DNA from: Geosiphon pyriformis uo1
Lineage: Eukaryota > Fungi > Glomeromycota
Reading direction: 5' to 3'
Assembly (NCBI GenBank): GCA_016748015.1
Contig: JAAOMT010000003.1
Span: 562,373-626,372 of the forward strand
Length of the DNA: 64,000 nt
Both the position numbers and the translations under genes were made by a program. Positions 27,829-38,727 of this stretch are shown in pieces. A model generated the notes under the pieces. It made no database searches. It saw nothing but the letters and a program-made list of their open reading frames with translations, and had not been told where the DNA came from. Within the stretch, counting starts at the first letter, position 1; every line of letters begins with the position of its first letter.

Positions 27829-29214
27829 TTAAGTGTTCAAGTTTGGTTGTTGTTCTATTATAATTATTGGTTCTAAATTTTGGGGAATATCTTCAGAATT
27901 AATTAAAGAGGAATGTGTACCAATTTTTGGAATTAATGGTTCAGGATTGTTTCTGGAATGATAGTGTTTCAATCTGTCTCCATGTGCAACTTTTGCTAAT
28001 ATTTTGTCATCAAGTCTTAACTTATATGATCTATTGTCTAGAATTTCGTGAATATAAAATGGTCCATCCCATTTGTTTTCAAATTTCCCACTCCATTGTT
28101 TTTCAGCCTTAGTTTTGTGTAAGAGAACTTTATTTCCAACTTTAAATTCGTTGGTAATAGGTGGTAATTTGTTGTCATGTCTTTCTTTTTGTTGAGCTTG
28201 GGAATGTTCAATATGAGTTGCTGCTATTCTTCTTTTTCCTTCTAGTGTACTAAGAAGAGTATAGGCTCTTCTTTGAAGTGTCTCTTGAAAGTTTTCTTCA
28301 TTGATTGGTTGCACTGGATATATTTTCACTATGAAATTAATTGGTAATGTTGCTGTCTTTCCATAAGTAAGATCAAATGGTGTGTGTTTTGTAGTATCTT
28401 GTTTTAGTGTTTTGTATGCTAGTAACACTGATGGAATAAAGATATCCTATTCTTGCTCAAAGTCTGTTGAGACTTTGGCTAGAGATTCACACAATGTTCT
28501 GTTAAAATGTTCTACAAGTCCATTTGTTTAAGAGTGATAAGGTGATGATAGAGGTCTTTTGACATTGAACCATTCACAAATTTCTTGTATCAAGTTGTTC
28601 ACAAAATGTGTTTCTTGATCAGATAAGAGTTCAATTGGGCATTTATGTCTACAGATAATGTCTTTATAGATGAAATTTGCTACTGATTTTGCATCTGCTC
28701 TTTGGATGGCTCTAGCTTCAGGCTATTTGGTAAGATAATCCACTGCAACTACAATATAACAATTTCCTTGGGTTGTGATAGGTAATGGTCCGACTAAATC
28801 AATTCCAACTCTGTCAAAAGGTTGTCCAACTTTGATTGGATTTAAAGGTTCTGTGGGGTGAGTTCCTCTTCTTCTTTGACAATTATCACAAGATTCTACA
28901 TATTGTCAAATGTCTTTTTGCATGTGGGGCCAAAAATAATGTTTAAGGGTTCTTTGAATTGTTCCCTCTTTTCCCAAGTGTGCTGAAGATGGATCTGTGT
29001 ACATGTTGTATAAAATTGTTTCTTTTTCATTCTCTTGTACTAATCTGAGTAGCTGGTTTGGTTTTCTGTGATTTTTATAATAGATTTTGTTCTAGTGTAT
29101 GAAATATTGTTTTGATTGGTGTTGTAAATGGTGTTTTTCACTTGGAGACCAGTTTTCTGGCATGGTAAGAGTCTCCAAATAATTTTTAAGATTGCTGTAG
29201 TTTCTGGAATTTAT
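27829..29214 (-). pseudogene. G4 ORF2: integrase (Zn-binding region, DDE core, GPF motif; no chromodomain)
   Basis: AHLGKEGT..CDNCQ, VGIDLVGPL, LLSDQ, GLVEHFNRTL, KWDGPFYIHE; different frame from RT-RNase H; starts at ATA, inferred to be a mutated ATG. Confidence 0.9.
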
Positions 29215-29279
29215 TCTTGTTTGGTTATTTTGTTGGCAAGTTGGTAAGTTGGTAAGTTGTGGTGGAATTGTTGTTGGTA

Positions 29280-32200
29280 TTAATCTTGTCTCATTTTTGA
29301 GAGGCTATCAACATTGGTATGTAATTTTTCTGGTTTGTGGTGTACAATATATCTGTAGTCTGCTAAGAAGTCATTTCATCGAGACTGTTTGGCACTTTGT
29401 TCAGTTTTCTTTTTATTGAGCCATTTAAGGCCAATGTTGTCCGTTATTATGTCAAATTCTTTTTCATTCTTCAGATATTGTTGAAAATGTTTAAGAGCCC
29501 AAATTAATTCAGTTGAGCCATATTTGAGTTCTGTTGGCTTGAGTGTTCTGCTAGCATAGGCAATAACTTGTTCTTGGCCATTTTCATCCAATTGTGATAA
29601 GATGGCACCAAATGCTATGTATGAGACATTAGTGGCTAATTGGAATTGTTTGTTGAAGTCTGGGTAAGCAAGAACTGGGGCTGTTGTCAATTTTGTTTTG
29701 AGAATTTCAAAAGCTTTTTGTTGTTCTTCAGTTCATTTGTATGGTACGTTTTTGTTGGTAAGATAATTGAGTGGTTTGGCAATTTCTGAAAATTCTTTTA
29801 TGAATTTTCAATAGTAAGAGGCTAATCCCACAAATCCTTTTAGTTCTGTAGTATTTCTGGAGGTTTGAAAGTTTTTGACAGCACTGATTGTTCCTGGATT
29901 TGGTTTGATTCCATCTTTACTAACTATGTGTCCAAGAAAGATCAAGCTTGTTTTTCCAAAGTGACATTTCTCAATATTTAACTTTAATCCTGCTTTCCAT
30001 AATTGTTGAAAAACTTTTCGCAGGTGAATGAAATGGGCTTCAAAGCTTGGTAAGTATACATTAGTATCATCAAGATAAACAACTACTGATTGCCATAAGA
30101 GCCCTTCATAGACAACATCTATGAGTCACTGAAATGTTGCTGGTGTATTGCAGAGTCCAAAAAGCATAATATTAAACTCATAATTTCCTCCTTGAGTAGT
30201 GAATGCTGTTTTGGGTCTATCTTTTGGGTCCATTTCGACTTGTCAGTATCCACTTTCCAGATCTAAAGTTGAAAAGAACTTGGCTTTTCCTAGAGCATCT
30301 AGCATGTCATCAATTCTTGGAAGAGGGTAGGCATTTTCAATTGTAACACTATTCAGTTGTCTATAATCAACACAGAATCTGATTTTTCCGTTTTTCTTTT
30401 TAACTAAAACTACTGGTGAGGCCCAAGGACTTCTTGATGGTTGAATCAATCCGTTATTGAGCATTTTTTGGACCTCTTCTCTGATGAATTGGTGGCTGGC
30501 AGGTGGCATTCGATAAGCTTGTTGACGTTTTGGTAGAGCATCTCCTGTATGGATCTGATGTTGAACAATATCTGTTTTTCCCAAGTCATTGTTGTCTTTT
30601 GCAAATATATCTGCAAATTCAGCTATCAATTGTTTCAATTGNNNNNNNNNNNNNNNNNNNNACACAGAATCTGATTTTTCCGTTTTTCTTTTTAACTAAA
30701 ACTACTGGTGAGGCCCAAGGACTTCTTGATGGTTGAATCAATCCGTTATTGAGCATTTTTTGGACCTCTTCTCTGATGAATTGGTGGCTGGCAGGTGGCA
30801 TTCGATAAGCTTGTTGACGTTTTGGTAGAGCATCTCCTGTATGGATCTGATGTTGAACAATATCTGTTTTTCCCAAGTCATTGTTGTCTTTTGCAAATAT
30901 ATCTGCAAATTCAGCTATCAATTGTTTCAATTGTTTTTGTTGTTAAGGTTCTAAGGGACCCATATTGATTTGAGAGAGTTTTTCTTCCAACAAGTGGTAG
31001 TTTTTAGTAGTGGGAATGATATTTGAATTTGGGAGTAGAGTGTGCTTTACAATATTGATAAAATTAGAGACAATTTGAGGGTTTTCATCTTGAAAAATAT
31101 TGTTGTGTATGATTCCAATTTCTAATTTGTTTAATAAAACAATAGAGTAATTATTGGGGTTGTAGAATATAACTCGAAATTTTTTTATTCCTTTGGGAAT
31201 ATAAACGTTTGGAATTGATATTTCATGCTTCAAACAGATTTGTTCATTGGATTCAAAGATTTGTTGTGTAGTGGTGAGTTTTGAGCAAATGTAAATTTCG
31301 TGATATTCTCCAAAAAGTGAAATGGTAATTGGCTGCAAAAGTTGAAGAATCTGGTGAGATTCATTTTGTGTATTAAGAACTATGTTTACTGGGACTCTAA
31401 ATCGTCCAGTTGAACCAAAACCTTGAGTTCCTCTTTCACTTTTTCCTAATTGTTCTCTGTTGTTTACTGATTGTAAACCCGAAATGTTGATTAAGAGTAA
31501 GTAAATTGCTTGAGCAATTTTTTCAGCATGTTCAATTTTGAATGGTTTGTCTGTTTCATTCTGTAACATGATGGTAATGTCTTCAGTATATCCTGCATCT
31601 ATAACTTCTCCTCTAATATTGATTTCTTTGCTTGCCAATGATGATCTGGAGGCAATTTGAATTATTGCTCCTGGTGGAATTTCAAAAGCAATTTTGAGAT
31701 TGATTTTTGTCAAAGACTTTGGTTGGAGAATCAAAGTATTTTTTCCTGGGTATCTTAGGTCATATCTAGCATCAATTTTTTGTGCTTTTTCTGGTCTGAT
31801 TTTTTGGCCATGGTTGTCAAAATATTTAAGTTGTAGAGATGGTTGCTTTTCAAGAAGATAGATGGGAGTGGTTGGTAGTTCTTCTACTAGTTCAGATACT
31901 CCAAATTCGATTTCATTTTCATCATTCTCATCTGGCAGAGGAATGCTAAGAGCATAACATTCTAAACACCATTGGTCATCACAAGACATAACACATTGTT
32001 TACACAATTGAATGTTCATTTGCTCTAATTGTTGAATTTGAGCTTCTTTGGTCGGATATATGTGGCTTGCAATTTGGTGGTAGGTTTCTACTTCATCTTC
32101 ATAATCAAATCCAGCTAGTTCCATGATATACTCAATATATTCAGCTTCTTTCATTTGGTGGACATCTTCTTGGGTGGCTTCATTGATCAATGCCATTGCT

Positions 32201-35166
32201 AGGTCAAAAATCATTTCAGTATCATGAGGGTAGTGGTAAAGTTTATTGAGAGCACTGTTATATGCTGCATTAAATGGTGTTCTTCTTCTGACTTTTTCCG
32301 AAATTGATAGAGCATATTGACAGGTTTAATCACATACTCCTCCTCTCATTGCTATATCAATCCAATTGCATTCTTCTGGTAGCATTTTTCCACATGTAAG
32401 GCAAGGTGTGTTGTCTCATTTTCCACTTCTTTTTGGAGATCCAAATCGTTCTCTATGGTATGTTTTGCAAAAGTAACAGGTACGAGTTTCATATTCCTCT
32501 TCTGGAGAAATACATGTTCCCATTGATGAAAGTTTTTTGTTGCAATTTTTGCATTTGAGTGGAATATAGAGTGGTTGTTTCTGTGGTTCTAATGTAGAAT
32601 ATCTAACTTTCTTCCATCCTCTTGATTCTTCAAAAATCTCTTGTTCGGTTTCTTCAGCCCAATTGGATGTTAATCCAAGAGCCATGTAGGTTTTAGTAAG
32701 TGGCATTTCTTTCTCCTCTTCAAATTCAAATACTGGAGCTTTTTCTGATTGTTTGTTAAAGGTATTACAGGTTGCAGGTACTATAGTATATTGTTTTTGG
32801 TATGAGATTTTAAGTTCTTGAGTTTCCCAGTTCAGGTTTGTATTGGCCTTGAGAAGCCAATTATTTTTGATTAGAGCTTGGTATTGGGGTGCATTCATAA
32901 TAAGAACTTTAACTAGAATGGTGATTCCATCAATTGAAAAAAAAAAATCATCAATTTCTCCTACTGGAGTCTTCTTTATACCATCAGCTGTAACAATAAC
33001 TGTTTGAGCTGGTCTGTCTACGTTTTGTTTGAGTTGTTGCATCAGCTGGTAAGTGATGATACTTCCAGCTGATCCACTATCTAAGATTAAGTGAATGGGT
33101 TTTCCTTCCACTGTAGCTTCTGTGTACATGACAGTAATTGCTTTCTGTTCATTGACTGCTGCATTACTAAGCAGAAATAGTGATTCATTTGCTTCAAATT
33201 CAAATGGAAATATATCTGACAGATTAGCATTTTGGGTAATTTGAGCTGATAGAATAGTGTGATTGGAAGGGTTTGATCTTAGCGCTGCAACTTCATCTTC
33301 AGAAAGTGCAGTTTGTTGAAAATCTGATTCCTCTAGTATTGTAAAATAACTGGATTGAGTGTGATAGTGATTGGGTCTTTGCTGACCCGAATTTCAGGGA
33401 ACCAACTGGTTATTTGAATTGATTCTGTTGTGGTTATTCTGCAATTGATTTTGGAATGTGAATTGGTTATGTTGAACCAATTTTCTTGTTAGTACTTGAT
33501 ATTGTTGAGTGAGTGGTGTCTGATATGGCTGAATTGGTAAAGGTTGCTGATATTGTTGCTGCATTGATTGTGGAGCTGGTGGATAGTAGTTTTGATTTTG
33601 TGGTCTTGGTGAATAATAAGTTGGTGGTGGAGATTGGTAATAGGATTGTTGTGGTGAAGAGTAATGTTGATTACTCCTGTTTTGTTGGTCTCTTTGCAAT
33701 TTCCTACAATCTCGTTTCCAGTGTTCTGGAATTCCACAATAATGACAATTTTGAAATTGGTTGTTGGATGGTAATCCAAAATTGTTTTGGTTGCATCATT
33801 GTGGTGGTTAATATCTTTGTGGTTGTTGTTGGTTTGTAAAATAGCTTTCAACTTTCTTTGTGAGTTGGTCTATCTTTTCTTCAGCTGCTGAACTGGTTTC
33901 TCCAATTGCAAGGTTTACAAGCTTGGTGTGATTTGCTTCTTCCATTGCCATTTCATAGCTTTTTGCATGTCTAATAGCAGTTGCTAAGTCTGCTGGAGCA
34001 TGTGAACGGACTTTCTTAATCAATTTGTCTTTTAATCCTGCTATAAACTGATCCAGAATTTGAGCATCAGAATAGTAGTCATTGGTTTCCAATTGTTGAA
34101 TTTGTCTGAGAAGTTTGTTAAATCTTCCAAGATAGGTCATAACAGATTCAGATGTTTCTTGTTTGATATTGCGAAAGCAGTTTCTGAGAGTGATAGAGAT
34201 ATTGTTGTCAGTAAATTGTTGTAGAAAAGCATCTTTGAATGCTTGCCAGTTTTCAAATGGTTCTTCTAAATTTTCAAACCATTCTCTTGCTGTTCCTTGG
34301 AGAAAGTAGGGAATTGCTTTGAGCATTCTTGCTGCAATCCAACCATTTGCGTCTCCTGCTTTTTGAATCTTGTTAAGCCATTCTTGAGGACTGGTATTAT
34401 TGTTTTCACCAGTGAATTCTGGGATTTTTGCAATGTAAGCAGTTGCTATTTCTTTTTCGTTTTCTGTAATTTCTTCTGGTTCTGATTCAGTTCCTTCACT
34501 TTCCAAGCTTTCTGAATAATTACTTTCGTTTTCCTGTAAGTAATCAATGATATTGGCACTTGTTGATATTGGTTCCTGCTGTTGAATAGAATTTCTAGAT
34601 AACTGAAAATCTTTTGGTCTGGAGAAACGGCTAAGTGGTGAACTTGGTGTTTGTGGTTGAACAAGTGAAATTGGAAATGGTGTAATAGAAAGTGGTAATT
34701 TGATACTGGTTCTTTGTTTAGGTGTTTGCAAGTGTTTGGCAGTTGTCTTTTGTAGTGTTGGAGTGTTTGGAGTGGTTCTTGAGTATTGCTTCAATTTTTG
34801 TTTGCCTTTGTTGCTTGTTTCTGTCTCTGATTCAAAGTCAAAAGAGTATTTAGACTGTACTGGGTATTTTTCTTCACAATACTCAATAATGTTAAAATTA
34901 AGTTCTTGAAAATAGGTAGCAAGTGTTTCACTGTTCAGCTCTTCTGTTCCCAATTGTGAATAGTGCATTAAATTATTGTAGAAGTTGCTTTTAACTTCTG
35001 AAATGTTGTAGTTTCCAAAAAGATAATTGTTGATGTGGTTTTTAATGTATTGGTATACTGATTTCTTTACAATTTCAATTCCGTCTGAAATGTTGAATCT
35101 TTGCTTGCAGTGGGTGTAAATTGATTGATAATACTCTAGAGTTGCTGTGTCTGGTGTGGTTGCCAC
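29280..35166 (-). pseudogene. G4 ORF1: Gag (capsid, CCHC) - aspartic protease - Cys-rich domain - dUTPase - RT - RNase H, single frame
   Basis: Track fragments starting at 35166, 33699, 33129, 32214 and 30930 share one frame; [89 protein letters not shown]; ends NVDSLSKMRQD-TAA. Confidence 0.92.
30642..30661. other. Assembly gap with duplicated flank
   Basis: 20 N; 30370-30641 and 30662-30933 are identical 272-bp copies. Confidence 0.95.
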
Positions 35167-35191
35167 TTTGAATTTGTTGTTGCTGTGTTAT

Positions 35192-35209
35192 TTTTGTGGA
35201 AGAGCACCA
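35192..35209 (-). promoter_or_regulatory. G4 primer-binding site (TGGTGCTCTTCC...)
   Basis: TGG-initiated sequence 2 nt after the LTR-terminal CA; the cognate tRNA was not identified. Confidence 0.8.
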
Positions 35210-35211
35210 AA

Positions 35212-36110
35212 TGTTACCGGAGGTTTTTGGTCTCTTTTTTTAAATATTGGTAATATTGATTTGCTGTGAATTCACGTTTTCAGGAAGTAGTTGAACCTCC
35301 AATAACTGAATTTATCTTCAAATTATCTTTTATAATTTGAACTGCTGGGCTTATAAGTGAAATGGCCAATTCTTTGCCAGTTACTTTATGTAGTTACGTT
35401 GTAGTAAATGTCAACTCTTTTCCAGAAATTGCTCGTCTGAAAGCTCACTAAAATTATGTAGTTACTTTGCTGTGAAAGTCAACTCTTCTACAGGAATCTC
35501 GTCTGTAGGCTACTCTAATGATTGTAATAAGAAAATAAAAAAAAAATAAAAAAAATGTAAAAAAAATAGAATTCTGTTAAGGGAAACATTTTCTATCCAG
35601 GCCTGAAGTCACTAACAGTTTACTGAAATTGGTAGCTAATCAATTTCAAAATGTTAGTTGGGTTTTGGGGATTTTCCAAGTGCAATAATTAAAGAACTTG
35701 GTTTTTCAAATTATTTGATATTTATTTTTTTGTGTGTATAGGAATGGTTCTAAGTGATAAATCTAAAGTAAGATACATTTTCCAGAAGAAAAAAGCTCTT
35801 CTTTTATACAACTTGTTGTAGTACTAGTCTATGAACTTGCATTTTTTCTCTTTGCTCTAATTTTGGCAAACTAAAGATACATTTTGATGAACTACAAGTT
35901 ATTTCGCTAAACTATTGATTAATTTGGGTGAACTATTCATAATTTCAGCAAATTTCTGTAAATTTCGGCAAATTTCTTATAAATTTCAGTGAATTTCTGT
36001 AAATTTTGGCGAATTTTTGAATGTTACAAAGTTCAGAGTATTGTGTAATTTGATCATCCTACTTTCTGTTATACTAATTAGATTATTTTAATTGAATCGT
36101 GATATGTGAT
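35212..36110 (-). repeat. G4 5' LTR, outer ~110 bp deleted
   Basis: Direct repeat of 26030-26887, then switches abruptly to G3 pol sequence. Confidence 0.93.
35801..35808 (-). promoter_or_regulatory. Candidate TATA box in the G4 5' LTR
   Basis: TATAAAAG downstream of the tandem array; equivalent position retained in other family-A LTRs. Confidence 0.4.
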
Positions 36111-37815
36111 GTAATATCCACATATCCGCATAATTATAGAAAATCTGAAATAGTACTTGGTAGTTGGTTTTCAACTTTGGTGCTTAAATATCCAATAGTG
36201 GTTTCTTTTGGTATTTCGATAATCTCTCCAGTTGTGTTGTGAATAGAAATTTTTATGTGTTTCAGGCTCTTGGTTGATATATAAAGATTGGTAAGTCCAA
36301 TCTTTTCTGATTCACAAATTGTAGCTTCTACTTTGAAAATTTGGGCTTGATCCCTTACTTTTTTTCCTATGACTAACATGTACTGATTGATGGGTGGAAA
36401 TAATTTTTCTTTTGTTAACAATTCCTTCTTTAGCCATATTAACTAGTATATTTATTCTACCTGTGGATCCAAATCTGCTTATCTCTTTGGCTGTTATTCC
36501 TAATTTTTTTTTATTTTTCACTGATACTAACTGAGCTATTTTAACCAGAGATAAGAATATTGCCTGTGCTATCTTTTTATTTGGTTCAATGATATATGGT
36601 TTTTTTGAATTATTTTATAGCATTATAATAATATTTTCTATATATTCTGTGTTAATTATTCCTCCTTTAATGTTGATCTCTTTTTTTGCTAAACTATTTC
36701 TAGATATTAATTGAACTATTGTCATTGCTAAAATTTCCAGTACTATTTTCAGATCAATACATGTACACAAATATAATTCTAATTTGATGGCATCTTTTTC
36801 AAGATATCTTAAGTCAAACTCTGTATCAGTATTATGTATGTATTCTCACATAATACTTTCATCATTATTACTGAACTATTTCAATTCTTGCTTTTTAAAC
36901 AGATCAAGGAGTGTGATATATTGTTTGGAGTTTAAATTAGAATCTGAATCATTGTTATTGGTGTTGTTATTTTGGACTGAACTAAAACCATTGTTTTCAT
37001 CATCATTATCAAAGTTTGAATCGGAATTAAACAGTAATTCTAATTTTAATACACAATGGCTGATTGGTTCTTTTTCTTCTGAAATTGTGTAAATTATGCA
37101 TAATAGTGGATTGTAAATAAGGTCACACTCATTAAAATATTGAAAATCACATAGAATTAAACAATGGTTATATAGTCAGGTGTTTAGTTGTTCTAAATAT
37201 TGTTTTTGTTTTTCCCTAGTAGATGTTAAGTCTTAATAATGTTTATAAAATTGTTCTGGATTCATAGCATCTAAGACAATATCAGAGTTTAAAGTCCAAT
37301 TAAGTTCTATGGATTCTGGCAGATTATTTTTGATTTTTCTTATTTCTTTTTTTGACATGCCTTCAATTTTGGCAAGAGCCATTTGCCAGATTTTGTTATT
37401 GTTATATGAACAACTATCTAATTGTTTTATTACTCTTCTTTAGGCAGTATCTATTGGTGTCTTTTTGCATATCTAATTACTGATAAAAATTGTGTATTGG
37501 CATGATTTGTTACACATTTTTCTTCTTTCAAAAATGTTGTTCTACATTTTTTTATCCAGAAAAGTTTCTCCACAAGCCAGACATGATTTATTGTCTTATT
37601 TTTCTTGTCACTTAGGTTATTTAAAGTGTTCAAGGATACATAAATAACAGTAGTATTTGGTTGCTGTTGGCCATTTCTCATTATCACCACAACATGCACT
37701 TATTGTTGACAATTTTTTATTACAATTGATGCAAATTAGCTTGGATTAATGATAGTTTGGCTGGATTTAAGTGGTAGTAATATATGAGATATATGTATAG
37801 GTGGTTGTTTGACTA

Positions 37816-37817
<2 letters not shown>

Positions 37818-37910
<93 letters not shown>
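37818..37910. repeat. Poly(T)93 homopolymer within G3 pol
   Basis: Direct count. Confidence 0.95.
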
Positions 37911-38727
37911 CAGATAGATATTGGTAGTAATTTATTATGTTTTTCTTTAGTTCAAGATACCTGATACATTTCTCAGATAGGTTTTTTTTCTTTTTTTTTA
38001 AACTTAATTAATGACTATTCTGGCTCAATTGTAGTTCTTGGGTATTTCAGTTAAGTACAGTGTTGGTTTTAGACAGCCAATCATTACTAACAAGAGCTTA
38101 ATATTGAGTAGTTTCTATAACAAAAACTTTTATGGGCATAATAATTCCACTAACTTCAAATAAAAAGTTATTAATCTCACTAATTGGAGTTTTTGTTGCT
38201 TTATCAGTAGTTATAATTCAGACACTGGCAGTATAATCAACTTAGCAACCTAATTGGTTCATGAGTTGGCATGTAATAATGTTGTCTGCTAGACTACTAT
38301 TAAAGATTAGTTTGATAAAATGGCTATCAACTTTCATATCAGTATATATGGCCATGATTAGTTGGGTGTTGAGAATGGCTCCACTAAATAGGAGTGTTGT
38401 TGCTAGTTCTTCAAGTTTAAAGAGAAAAATGGCTTTTAATAAGTCATTATCAATAACAGTTGCTGGTGGAATGTTGCTAGTAAGTGGCTGTTTTTGGTTA
38501 AGCTCTGGTGTGTTAAGTAAGACATCTTTTGAGCTAACTAAAAGACTTAAATAGTTTTAAAAATTTGGGTTTTGAGCATATTCAGTTCCTGAATTCTGCT
38601 GGCATGATCTTGACAGTTGGTTTGAAAAGCTTGGGATCAGCTAATAAACAATTATCACTGATCTTCAGTTTTGGATCATTCTTAGTTTTTGGTTTTCTGG
38701 TGTTATCTGAGCTGGAATTTGTGACAG

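Larger units (their letters stand above)
26030..36110 (-). mobile_element. G4: best preserved Ty3/Gypsy element (family A), inserted in G3 pol
   Basis: LTRs 26030-26998 and 35212-36110 (about 96-97% identical by eye), PBS, PPT and a complete domain set. Confidence 0.96.

Noticed and set aside
27829-28000. Chromodomain at the integrase C-terminus
   Set aside because: No chromodomain motif after the GPF/SH3-like segment; only a short tail (LEPIIIIE).
30370-30933. Tandem duplication of the RT N-terminus in G4
   Set aside because: The two 272-bp copies are identical and flank an N gap, which indicates an unmerged contig overlap.
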